Source of the DNA: Vicinamibacterales bacterium
GTDB taxonomy: Bacteria; Acidobacteriota; Vicinamibacteria; Vicinamibacterales; JAMQPK01
DNA length: 64,000 bases
NCBI GenBank assembly: GCA_023717525.1
Contig: JAMQPK010000220.1
Coordinates: 8,604 to 72,603, forward strand
Reading direction: 5' to 3'
Shown here: positions 54,447-63,534 of the stretch, one piece after another
Numbering within the stretch: position 1 is the stretch's first letter
Layout of the letters: each line of letters opens with the position of its first letter
Made by a program: the position numbers and the translations under genes
Notes under the pieces: generated by a model
Seen by the model: only the letters and a program-made list of their open reading frames with translations
Told to the model about the DNA's origin: nothing
Databases searched by the model: none

Positions 54447-56209
54447 CGCGCGTTCTTGTCGCGTTTGCGGCGGCTTTCGCCACTGTGGCGATTGTCACGC
54501 CGTTTCTGAAGCGGCTGGCCGTCAGGCTCCAACTCGTCGCCCGTCCAATCGAGCAGCGCTGGCATCGAGCGCCTGTGCCGCTCCTGGGCGGCGTCGCCAT
54601 CTTTGCGGGCTTTGCATCTTCGGCCCTGATGACGGCCCGTTCGCCGTCTCTGACACCCGTCTTCGCGGGCAGCGCTGCGATGTTCGCCCTCGGCGCGGCT
54701 GACGACCTCTGGCGTTTCCGGCCTGGAACAAAATTCCTCCTGCAGATCGCCATCGCGTCGGCACTCGTCGCTGTGCTTCCGCGGCCAGTCTTGACAGGGT
54801 TTGTCGCCATCGACGCGCTGATCGCCATCACCTGGCTGGTCGGCATCACGAACGCTTTTAACCTGCTCGATAACGTCGACGGATTAGCCGCCGGTGTCGC
54901 GACGATCGCAGGCGGCTTCCTGGTGCTGACGCTGTGGCCTGTTGCGTCGGTTCCCGTGGTCTGCGCGCTGGCAGCGTTCGCAGGGGCGACGGCGGGTTTT
55001 CTCGTTTACAATTTTCATCCGGCTTCGATTTTCATGGGAGACAGCGGCAGCCTCTTTCTGGGATTCTTTCTGTCGGCCATTGGCCTGCTTGTCTTGCCGC
55101 TGCAGAGTTTCGGAGCCCCTTACGCCGCCGTTTCCGTATTGATTCTCCTGGTACCGATCTTCGATACGACGTTTGTCACGCTGACGCGTGTGATGGCCGG
55201 TCGCAGCCCGATCGCTGGAGGACGCGACCACACGTCGCACAGGTTGATCGCGCTCGGCATCAGCGAGCGCCGCGCGGTGGTCGTGCACTATGTCCTGACG
55301 GCGGTCGGCGGACTGATTGCGCTCGGGGTCCTCCACGCACGACCCGGCGGTGTCGGCATTGCCTTGGGATTGTTTGTCATAGTCCTGGCCGCCCTGGGCA
55401 TTGTGTTGAGTCACGTTGAAGGCGCACACGGAGCCGGTGCGACCCAGGCGGAGCCCCTGATGCTGGCGGAAATCAGTTATCGAAATCGCGCTCTGGAACT
55501 CTTGCTGGACGCTGCGCTGGTGGGCCTGGCGTACTACGCGGCGTTTGCCGTGCGTTTCCAGGCCGAAGAGTTCCTGCATTTTCTGCCGTACTTTGCGGGC
55601 TCGCTGCCGTTTGTGCTCGTGTGCCAAATAGCCGGCCTCTGGGTCAGCGGCAAGTATCGGCAGGTGTGGCGGAGCTTCGGCGCTGCCGAAGTGACGACAA
55701 TCCTCAAGGGTGTCGCTGCCGGCGTCACCGCATCTGTCATTCTCGTGTTGTACCTCTACCGCTTCGAGGGTTTTTCGAGATTGGTCTTCGCGATAGATAC
55801 GGTCATCATCAGCGCCCTGCTCATCGGCAGTCGCGTAGCTGTGAGCCGGCTCGACTACCACCTGCGGCGCCAACGTGGCACCGATCGTCACGTGCTGATC
55901 TACGGCGCCGGGCGGCGTGGTGTGCTGCTCGTGCACGATCTCCAGGGGAACGGCCGCTTGAATCTCGTTCCTGTCGGATTTCTGGACGACGATGAGGCGA
56001 AGCGACGGCTGCGGATCGAGGGACTACGCGTGCTCGGAGCTTCGGAAGATCTTGCGGAGGTCCTGGGTAGACATCGCGTGAATGAGCTGCTGGTGAGCAC
56101 GCAGCACATCGATCCGCAGCGCTTCGCAGCAGTGGAGGCCGTCTGTCGTGCGCGGAATGTAAGAGTGCGGCGCCTCAGATTCGATCTGGAAGATGCCTCG
56201 GCGAATTGA
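54443..56209 (+). CDS. WecA/MraY-family undecaprenyl-phosphate sugar-1-phosphate transferase fused to a CapD/PglF/WcaJ-type 4-TM + Rossmann (CoA-binding-like) domain
   Basis: PLLGGVAI, GAADD, NAFNLLDNVDG, YNFHPASIFMGDSGS, DHTSHRL; then D..L...AYY.AF..RF, G.YRQVWR, VLIYGAGRRG, PVGFLDDD..K. Confidence 0.88.
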   Translation: MTRVLVAFAAAFATVAIVTPFLKRLAVRLQLVARPIEQRWHRAPVPLLGGVAIFAGFASSALMTARSPSLTPVFAGSAAMFALGAADDLWRFRPGTKFLLQIAIASALVAVLPRPVLTGFVAIDALIAITWLVGITNAFNLLDNVDGLAAGVATIAGGFLVLTLWPVASVPVVCALAAFAGATAGFLVYNFHPASIFMGDSGSLFLGFFLSAIGLLVLPLQSFGAPYAAVSVLILLVPIFDTTFVTLTRVMAGRSPIAGGRDHTSHRLIALGISERRAVVVHYVLTAVGGLIALGVLHARPGGVGIALGLFVIVLAALGIVLSHVEGAHGAGATQAEPLMLAEISYRNRALELLLDAALVGLAYYAAFAVRFQAEEFLHFLPYFAGSLPFVLVCQIAGLWVSGKYRQVWRSFGAAEVTTILKGVAAGVTASVILVLYLYRFEGFSRLVFAIDTVIISALLIGSRVAVSRLDYHLRRQRGTDRHVLIYGAGRRGVLLVHDLQGNGRLNLVPVGFLDDDEAKRRLRIEGLRVLGASEDLAEVLGRHRVNELLVSTQHIDPQRFAAVEAVCRARNVRVRRLRFDLEDASAN

Positions 56210-56215
56210 GCGCGG

Positions 56216-57790
56216 CTACGGGAGGATTGTGAGCGTAATGTTGGTGACCTGCCAATCCCAATGTCGGCTCACGGGGTTATACGCATAGGTTTCGAACCAC
56301 ACCACGCAGGTCCCGGCCGTCCCGGGAGCGGGTATGCCCTGCACGAGCGCCGTTCCATCCCCACGATCGACCAGCGTCAAACCGGGTGGGAGCAGAACTC
56401 CATGGTCAGGGTGATCAACCGGAAGGAGAGAAATCCACTGATTGATCACAGTTGCCGCTGGGTAGCCAGCCGTCGTGAGTGTAAAGCTGCCGAATGTTCC
56501 GACCCTGAACGGAGGAGGGTTTCCGCTCGTGAAGCTAGGATACTCGTGCACGGTGAGCGTGAACGGTTTGGTCGCCGGTTTCATGTTTCCGCTTGTTGCC
56601 GTCACCGTCAGAGGATAGACACCGCCCGTTCCGGATGCGGCGCGTCCGGTCAGAAGTAGCGATCCATTCCCTTGCTGGATCGTTTGAATGCCCGACGGAA
56701 GGGACCCGACTACCGAGAGGGAACCAGTACCCTGGAACATGAAGCTCTGCTGATTTCCCATCTCGAAAGTTCTCGCGGCATCGGTCGTGGTAATCCTCAG
56801 CCCTGCATACGAACCAACCCAGACGCCGCCGGTGAAGCTCGGGTCGTACCCGTAGTAGCTGCGCAGGTAGCTCAGATTTCTCCCGTCGAAGACGAGTACA
56901 TGAGGTCCGCCGCCCGGACCCGCGCCAGTAATGATGTCTATCACGCCGTCAAGGTTCTCATCGCCGGCCGCAACGGAAACGCCGCCACGGAAGGCCGGAT
57001 CGTAGGCGTAAAAGCTCGCTAGATAGCTGAGCGTGCGCCCGCTGCGGACGATGACGTGCGGACCGCCACCGGGTCCCGCACCTGTAATGATGTCTGCCAG
57101 TCCGTCCCGGTCGATATCGCCGGCCGCTACGAACACGCCCCCCCTGAACGCCGGATCGTACGCGTAGAAGCTGGCGAGGTAAGTGAGATACGGGCCACTG
57201 CGGACGGTGACGTGCGGCGCAGCCCCTGGTCCGGCTCCGGTGAGGATGTCGTCGAACCCGTCGCCGTTGACATCGCCGGAGGCGACAGTGACACCGCCAC
57301 GGAACGACTGGTCGTAGGCGTAGAAGCTTGCTAGATAACTCAAGTCGACGCCGTTGAAGACCACCACGTGCGGGCCTCCGCCAGGACCGGCGCCGGCAAT
57401 GATGTCGGTGACTCCGTCGCCATTGAAGTCGCCAGCCGCCACGAAAACGCCTCCGCGGAATGACGGATCGAATGCGTAAAAACTGGCGAGGAGGCGCCGG
57501 TCCCATGTGCCACTGAAGACCTTGATATGGGGGCCACCGCCCGGGCCGGCACCCGTGATGAGATCAAGTACACCGTCGCCATTGACGTCGCCTACTGCCA
57601 CATGCACGCCACCAAGAAAATCGTAGCCGTATGCCCCGAAGTAGGAGCAGTAATCACAGGTAGAGCCCAGGGGACCGCCTACCAGAGGTGGACTTCCAGG
57701 TCCCGGGCCATACGCGAGCTGCGCGGTTGCAGGCGAAGAGATCGCGAGCGCGGCGATGACGACGAGCGCAGCCTTGCTTGCAATTGCCAT
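56216..57790 (-). CDS. Secreted FG-GAP/VCBS-type repeat protein with C-terminal putative Ig domains (paralog 1)
   Basis: Signal peptide; five ~51-aa repeats GGV.VA.GD.NGDG..DII.GAGPGG.PH; LPSG/LPPGL Ig-like units. Confidence 0.88.
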   Translation of the reverse strand: MAIASKAALVVIAALAISSPATAQLAYGPGPGSPPLVGGPLGSTCDYCSYFGAYGYDFLGGVHVAVGDVNGDGVLDLITGAGPGGGPHIKVFSGTWDRRLLASFYAFDPSFRGGVFVAAGDFNGDGVTDIIAGAGPGGGPHVVVFNGVDLSYLASFYAYDQSFRGGVTVASGDVNGDGFDDILTGAGPGAAPHVTVRSGPYLTYLASFYAYDPAFRGGVFVAAGDIDRDGLADIITGAGPGGGPHVIVRSGRTLSYLASFYAYDPAFRGGVSVAAGDENLDGVIDIITGAGPGGGPHVLVFDGRNLSYLRSYYGYDPSFTGGVWVGSYAGLRITTTDAARTFEMGNQQSFMFQGTGSLSVVGSLPSGIQTIQQGNGSLLLTGRAASGTGGVYPLTVTATSGNMKPATKPFTLTVHEYPSFTSGNPPPFRVGTFGSFTLTTAGYPAATVINQWISLLPVDHPDHGVLLPPGLTLVDRGDGTALVQGIPAPGTAGTCVVWFETYAYNPVSRHWDWQVTNITLTILP

Positions 57791-57797
57791 CTTGCCT

Positions 57798-59414
57798 CTA
57801 CGGAGCAATTGTGATCGTAATGGTCGCCCACGAACTTCCAACGTAAAACGGCACCAGGTAGGTGCCCACCTTGTCTGGAGTCGGCGTACCACTCAGGGTA
57901 GCCGTGCCGTCGCCACGGTCGACCAACGTCAGGCCGGTCTGCGACAGCGACGACAGCGGCGGAGACCACATACCTGGGACAAAGAAGGCTGGGCTGATTG
58001 TGGCAGGCCCAGGGTATGCTGCCGTCGTCATCGTAGCGCTGCCAAATGATCCGACGTGAAACGGTGGTGGATCTCCACTTGTGAAGTGTGGAGGTTCTAG
58101 TGCCGTCAGCCTGAAGTGTTGAATGACGGAGTGTGTGGGCCCGCTCGTGGCGGTAAACGTCAGCGGGTAAATCCCCCCAAATCCAGACGCGATGCATCCT
58201 GTGACCACCAACGACCCGTCTGGCTGCGGATCAGCCCGGAGGCCCGGTGGAAGTGTCTCAGTAAGTGAGACCGTCGGCCTGCCAGGACCCGAGGCCGCAA
58301 CTCTGAAGCTGCTCAGCATCGAAGGGCAACCAGTGAATGTGATTAAGGATGCTTCATCGCTCGTCACGAAGTGGAGACCCGCGTACGCGCCGACCCAGAC
58401 GCCAGCTGTCATCGTCGGAGCGTCGGCGAGGAAACTCGCCACGTAATATAAGTTGCTGCCGTCAAACGCGATCACGTGCGGTCCGCCGCCTGGTCCCGCG
58501 CCGGCGATGATATCCGGTGTACCGTCGCCATTGATGTCGCCTGCGGCGACAGAAACGCCGCCGCGAAAAGAGGGATCGTAGGCGTAGAAACTCGCGAGGT
58601 AGTTAAGCGTAAGAGCACTGCGGACGGTGACATGCGGCCCGCCGCCTGGTCCCGCACCGGTAATGATGTCGGCGTATCCATCCCGGTCGATGTCGCCGGC
58701 AGCTACGAACACGCCGCCCCGGAAGATCGGATCGTACGCGTAGAAGCTGGCGAGGTAGGTCAGGGAGGGCCCGCTGCGAACAGTTACGTGGGGCGCAGCG
58801 CCGGGGCCAGCGCCGGTGACGATGTCGTCGAACCCATCGCCGTTGACGTCGCCGGCCGCGACGCTCACACCGCCACGGAACATGGGGTCATACGCGAAAA
58901 AGCTGGCCAGATAACTGAGGTCCACACCATTGAAGACCACCACATGCGGCCCTCCACCCGGACCAGCGCCGGCAATGATGTCGGCGAAACCGTCGCCATT
59001 GAAATCGCCGGCCGCCACGAAGACGCCGCCGCGGAATGAGGAACCGAACGCGAAAAAACTTGCCAGCAAGCTTCGGTCTTTGCCGCTGAACACCTCAATA
59101 TGGGGCCCACCCCCAGGGCCTGCGCCGGTAATTGTGTCCAGCACACCGTCGCCGTTCACGTCACCAAAAGCCACGTGCACGCCGCCTGAGAAGGAGGGGC
59201 CATACGGAAAGAACGGTGTGAGGTAAGTCCATCCTGCGTCTCGGTCGAACGGGAAGTTCTTGAGGGTGAAGCTAGCTTGTGACGGTCCACTGAGACCTTC
59301 CGTTGAGCCTAGCCCAACGATGAGTTGGGCCGCAGCGGCTGAAGGTACCAAGAGCACCGCGATGACGAGAGCCAGACTCGTCGCGAAACGGGTGAGGGGA
59401 GAGCGGGTCGGCAT
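57798..59414 (-). CDS. Secreted FG-GAP/VCBS-type repeat protein with C-terminal putative Ig domains (paralog 2)
   Basis: Same five-repeat architecture; LPPGL and GLTLVDRGDGTATLSGTP. Confidence 0.88.
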   Translation of the reverse strand: MPTRSPLTRFATSLALVIAVLLVPSAAAAQLIVGLGSTEGLSGPSQASFTLKNFPFDRDAGWTYLTPFFPYGPSFSGGVHVAFGDVNGDGVLDTITGAGPGGGPHIEVFSGKDRSLLASFFAFGSSFRGGVFVAAGDFNGDGFADIIAGAGPGGGPHVVVFNGVDLSYLASFFAYDPMFRGGVSVAAGDVNGDGFDDIVTGAGPGAAPHVTVRSGPSLTYLASFYAYDPIFRGGVFVAAGDIDRDGYADIITGAGPGGGPHVTVRSALTLNYLASFYAYDPSFRGGVSVAAGDINGDGTPDIIAGAGPGGGPHVIAFDGSNLYYVASFLADAPTMTAGVWVGAYAGLHFVTSDEASLITFTGCPSMLSSFRVAASGPGRPTVSLTETLPPGLRADPQPDGSLVVTGCIASGFGGIYPLTFTATSGPTHSVIQHFRLTALEPPHFTSGDPPPFHVGSFGSATMTTAAYPGPATISPAFFVPGMWSPPLSSLSQTGLTLVDRGDGTATLSGTPTPDKVGTYLVPFYVGSSWATITITIAP

Positions 59415-59477
59415 TCCTACCCTGCGCTATCATAGCCCCCAGTTTGCCTCGGATGACGCGTTCCATTTCGTAACACC

Positions 59478-60728
59478 GTGCCGGCCCCTCGCCAACCTCT
59501 GATTGAGCAACCTGCCTCGCGGCTAACAGCCCTCGTGGGCGACGCCGCGCTGGCGGTTGTGTGCTATTTCGCCGCCTATGCCCTTCGGTTTGATTCACAC
59601 GATCTGGCGCGATTTCTTCCCGGCGCCGTTCGCACGCTGCCGTTCATCGCAGGCGCACAGATTGCCGGACTTCTCGTCTTCCGCGCATACACGTTCAGGC
59701 AGGGACGCAGATGGCTGCCGCGCCTTCTCGGTGGCGTGTTCGCCGGGACGGCCGTGGGAACGTTGTTGGTGTGGCAGGTCCACGGGTTTCAGGGCGTCTC
59801 GCGCATCTCCTTCGCCCTCGACGCGGTTCTGCTCGCGCTCGCGGCCTTTGGGTGGCGGGCGGTCGTTGGCCTTTCGCGGCTGGCGCGCGCTGCGCGCGAC
59901 GAGCGCGTGTCGGGCGACGACATCGAAGATCGAACCGCGCCTCCCAGCGTCAGCGCGGGGCTGCTCGGGATCGTGCGCTACCGGGAGCTTCTGCGGAATC
60001 TCGTGCTCCGTGACACGAAGCTGAAATACCGCGGCTCGGTCTTCGGGTTCTTCTGGTCGCTCGCCAATCCGTTGTTGCTCGTGTTCACGTACACGATCGC
60101 TTTCCGCTACATTCTTCGGACGACGACAGAGGGCTTTGTCTTCAACCTCTTGTTGGGATTGCTGAACTGGACGTTCTTTTCCAATTCCGCGATGATGTCG
60201 ACCGGATCGGTGGTGGGCGCGGCGTCGTTGATTAAGAGCGTCGCGTTTCCACGCGCGATCCTGCCGGTGGCGACTGTGCTCTTCAACCTGGTGCAATTCC
60301 TGCTCACCATCGCCGTCTTCCTTCCGATCGCGTTGCTGATATTCGGCATTGCCCCAACGCCCGCCGTGCTGTTCTTTCCGGCACTCCTGGTGCTCCAGAT
60401 TCTTTTCACGACTGGTGTGGCGTTTGCGCTCGCGACGCTGACGTCGTTCTTCCGTGATGTCAGGCACATTCTGGAGATAGGGCTCGGCATCCTGTTCTGG
60501 ACTACGCCGATTATCTACTCCTACGACAACCTGCCAGAGCGCCTTCGACTCCCCATCCTTCTGAGCCCGATGTCGTCGTTCATCGTGGGGTATCAGCAGA
60601 TTTTTCATTATGGGCACGGCCCCGATCTTGCCGTCTGGCTCGCAGCCGGCAGCTATGCGGCAGGCATGTTCGTGCTGGGCGCTTCGCTGTTCGTCAACAC
60701 CGAGGATCAGCTGGCGGAGCAGGTGTGA
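59478..60728 (+). CDS. wzm: Polysaccharide ABC exporter permease with an extra N-terminal CapD/PglF-type 4-TM domain
   Basis: YRELLRNLVLRD.KLKYRGSVFGFFWSLANP, LIKSVAFPR, FFRDVRH, FWTTPIIY; the first ~140 aa are an additional membrane domain. Confidence 0.88.
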   Translation: MPAPRQPLIEQPASRLTALVGDAALAVVCYFAAYALRFDSHDLARFLPGAVRTLPFIAGAQIAGLLVFRAYTFRQGRRWLPRLLGGVFAGTAVGTLLVWQVHGFQGVSRISFALDAVLLALAAFGWRAVVGLSRLARAARDERVSGDDIEDRTAPPSVSAGLLGIVRYRELLRNLVLRDTKLKYRGSVFGFFWSLANPLLLVFTYTIAFRYILRTTTEGFVFNLLLGLLNWTFFSNSAMMSTGSVVGAASLIKSVAFPRAILPVATVLFNLVQFLLTIAVFLPIALLIFGIAPTPAVLFFPALLVLQILFTTGVAFALATLTSFFRDVRHILEIGLGILFWTTPIIYSYDNLPERLRLPILLSPMSSFIVGYQQIFHYGHGPDLAVWLAAGSYAAGMFVLGASLFVNTEDQLAEQV

Positions 60729-62140
60729 TGTCGAGCGTGATCGAATCACGGGAGCTGTCGAAGCGGTTCCTGCTGAGGCACAACCGGTCGGGATCGATCA
60801 AAGAGCGATTTCTCGGCGCAATTCACACCTCCCACCGTGAGCGGACCGAGGAATTCTGGGCGCTGCGGGATGTCACGCTCTCCATAAAGTCAGGCGAAGC
60901 TGTCGGCATCATCGGACGGAACGGTTCCGGCAAGAGCACGTTTCTCCGGCTGGTGGCTGGTATTCACCGGCCGACCGAGGGCTGGCTTGGCGTCCGTCGC
61001 GGCTCCCGCATCGGCACGATGATCGAGCTCGGCATCGGCTTCCATCCAGAGCTGACAGGGACAGAAAATCTGTTTCTGAGCGCCTCGGTGCACGGCTTGA
61101 CGCGGAACCAGATCGAAGGCCTCTACGAACGCATCGTCGCGTACGCTGGACTCGCGGCGTTCATGGACGTGGCGATGAAGAACTACTCGTCCGGCATGAC
61201 GGTCCGGCTTGCGTTCGCGCTGGCGGCGAATCTGGATCCAGACATGCTGTTACTCGACGAAGTGTTCGCCGTCGGCGATGTGGCGTTTCAACAGCAATGC
61301 ATCCAGACCATGCAGCAGTTTCGGGCAGATGGGAAGACGATCCTGTTCGTGTCGCATTCAGCTCCGGCGATTCGGAGCATCTGCGACAGAGTGTGCCTTC
61401 TCGACCATGGGCGATTGCTGTTCGACGGGCCCGTCGCGCGAGGGTTGCAGGAATACGAACGGGTGACGGCCAGCAATGCCGCGGCGCCAGCACAGCTGGA
61501 GTCGTCGCAGGAGCACGACGGCGGGTGGCATCGAGTTGTCCCTGGTGGAAAGTGGTCCGAAGGAGGCGAGTGGGCGTTTGAACTCCTCCGTCGCGAGGGA
61601 CTGCAGCCGAGTGATGTTGTCCTCGATGTCGGCTGCGGAGGGTTGAGCACCGGGCGACACCTCTTGAAGTTCCTCGACGAGCTTCATTATTGGGGCTTCG
61701 ACACCAACCACGCACTGGTTCTCGCCGGCGTCACGCTGGAGCTGCCCCGGTTGGGTGTGTCCGCCAACCGGGGGTCGTTCCTATTCAATCAGGAATTCGA
61801 TCTCTCGAGTAGCCCAGAGGGACTGCGATTCGCGATCTCGGAGGGGTTCTTCTCGCGCCTGCCGCTGAACCGCATCGCGCGCTGCATTGCGTCTGTGACG
61901 CGGCGGCTTGCGCCGGGCGGCCGCTTTTATGCGACGTGGCTCGAAAACCCCGATCCACGCGGGTTCGATCCGATCGACCGGGGATCGTTCACGACGTTTC
62001 CGGACGCAGAGCCCTACCACTATCCCTTCGCGATGTTGGCGAGCATCTGTGATGCCATGGGCGCACGCGCCGAACGTGTTGCGACCGACCCCGCGCATCC
62101 GCGCGGAGAGTCGCTGATGATCATTACGCCTGGCCGATGA
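60725..62140 (+). CDS. wzt: Polysaccharide ABC exporter ATPase with a C-terminal methyltransferase domain
   Basis: FWALRDV, GRNGSGKST, YSSGMTVRLAF, LLDEVFAVGD, VSH; C-terminal VLDVGCGGL..GRHL, RLAPGGRFYAT. Confidence 0.9.
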   Translation: MMSSVIESRELSKRFLLRHNRSGSIKERFLGAIHTSHRERTEEFWALRDVTLSIKSGEAVGIIGRNGSGKSTFLRLVAGIHRPTEGWLGVRRGSRIGTMIELGIGFHPELTGTENLFLSASVHGLTRNQIEGLYERIVAYAGLAAFMDVAMKNYSSGMTVRLAFALAANLDPDMLLLDEVFAVGDVAFQQQCIQTMQQFRADGKTILFVSHSAPAIRSICDRVCLLDHGRLLFDGPVARGLQEYERVTASNAAAPAQLESSQEHDGGWHRVVPGGKWSEGGEWAFELLRREGLQPSDVVLDVGCGGLSTGRHLLKFLDELHYWGFDTNHALVLAGVTLELPRLGVSANRGSFLFNQEFDLSSSPEGLRFAISEGFFSRLPLNRIARCIASVTRRLAPGGRFYATWLENPDPRGFDPIDRGSFTTFPDAEPYHYPFAMLASICDAMGARAERVATDPAHPRGESLMIITPGR

Positions 62141-63534
62141 CGGACTCGCGGATCGAAGATCTGCGGACAGAACTCACCCGCGCGATCGCCGAGCGTCAGG
62201 CCCTGGACAAGGACTCGAGCGACGGCGCCGGGGAAATCAGAGTCCTCCTCGATCGGCAGATCGAACTGCTGAGCGATACGCTCGAGGCTCGGACGGCGCT
62301 CACCCGCATTCAGACCAGCCTGGCCTGGCGAGCGCTCGACGTGCTCCGGCACCAGAGGCTCGCGCTTCGCCGCGCGAAGATGCGGTTGCGCGGAGTGCGG
62401 AAGCCAGCGCGAGTACGGACGTCCATTCCGGCGTACGTCACCGACGCGCCTCTCGGAGTGAATGTTGCCGGCTACCTGAATACCGAAAGCGGCATGGGCG
62501 AGGCTGCGCGGCTCAGTATCCGGTCTCTGGAGGCAGCAGATATCCCTGTGGCCCTCAACAACGTGCCATCGCGATTGCGAATGCTGGATGGCACATACGC
62601 CGCGTTCACGGACGCAAATCCGCATCCTTTCAATCTCGTGCACCTGAACGCCGACAACATGGAATGGTTTGCGCAGGCGCGAGGCCGTGACTATTTCCGC
62701 GATCGCTACACGATCGGCTACTGGTTCTGGGAACTCGCGCAGTTCCGGTCTGACTGGATGCCGGCCTTCGCGTTTGTCGATGAGGTGTGGGTGCCAAGCG
62801 AGTTTGGCCGGGCGGCATTGGCCGAGCGCTCGCCGGTGCCCGTCACGTGCGTGCCGCTGCCCGTGGTCGCCCCGCACTTGCAGTCGCCTCGACGTGCGCA
62901 GTTCGATCTTCCAAATGATGCTCTTGTGTTTCTGTTCACGTTCGACGTTTCGAGTCAGATCGAACGAAAGAACCCCCTGGGAACGATCGCGGCATTTCGA
63001 GGTGCGTTCGGCGCGAGGCAGGACGTGGTGCTCGTGCTGAAGTTCACCAACGCTGAATACGATCCATCCGGCGTCCGTCATCTCTATCGCGCCGTGGAGG
63101 GAATCAACGCGGTCATGCTCGAAGGGTATATGGCTCGAGAAGAGCTTGCGGAGCTGGTGGCCGTCGCGGACTGCTATGTGTCGCTGCATCGTTCAGAAGG
63201 GTTTGGGCTGGGGATTGCCGAAGCGATGGCGATTGGCAAACCTGTCATCGCGACGAACTACTCCGGGCCGGCAGATTTCATGACTGCGGCAAACAGCTAT
63301 CCCGTCAACTATCGGATGGCGCCCATCCCCCGCGACTACGGTCCGTATCTGGAGGGATTTTCATGGGCGGAACCTGATCTCGAGCACGCGAGCCTGCTGA
63401 TGCGTCAAGTGGCAGACGATCGTGGCGAAGCGTCTGCTCGCGGACGTCAGGCCGCGAACGACATGGCCGAATGGCGCGCCCCCGCCCGAACCGGCGCGCG
63501 CGTCCGTGCCCGCCTGGAGGAAATTCGACAGTGA
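62137..63534 (+). CDS. GT4 glycosyltransferase with an N-terminal coiled coil
   Basis: GMGEAAR, IGYWFWEL, DEVWVPSEF, RKNP, YVSLHRSEGFGL.IAEAM, WAEPD. Confidence 0.88.
   Translation: MTDSRIEDLRTELTRAIAERQALDKDSSDGAGEIRVLLDRQIELLSDTLEARTALTRIQTSLAWRALDVLRHQRLALRRAKMRLRGVRKPARVRTSIPAYVTDAPLGVNVAGYLNTESGMGEAARLSIRSLEAADIPVALNNVPSRLRMLDGTYAAFTDANPHPFNLVHLNADNMEWFAQARGRDYFRDRYTIGYWFWELAQFRSDWMPAFAFVDEVWVPSEFGRAALAERSPVPVTCVPLPVVAPHLQSPRRAQFDLPNDALVFLFTFDVSSQIERKNPLGTIAAFRGAFGARQDVVLVLKFTNAEYDPSGVRHLYRAVEGINAVMLEGYMAREELAELVAVADCYVSLHRSEGFGLGIAEAMAIGKPVIATNYSGPADFMTAANSYPVNYRMAPIPRDYGPYLEGFSWAEPDLEHASLLMRQVADDRGEASARGRQAANDMAEWRAPARTGARVRARLEEIRQ

Noticed and set aside
56800-59200. Regular ~153-bp repeats that might be a CRISPR array or DGR template/variable repeats (given the Avd-like gene)
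   Set aside because: They are in-frame protein repeats. Differences look mostly synonymous rather than adenine-specific, and no cas or reverse transcriptase gene is in the window.
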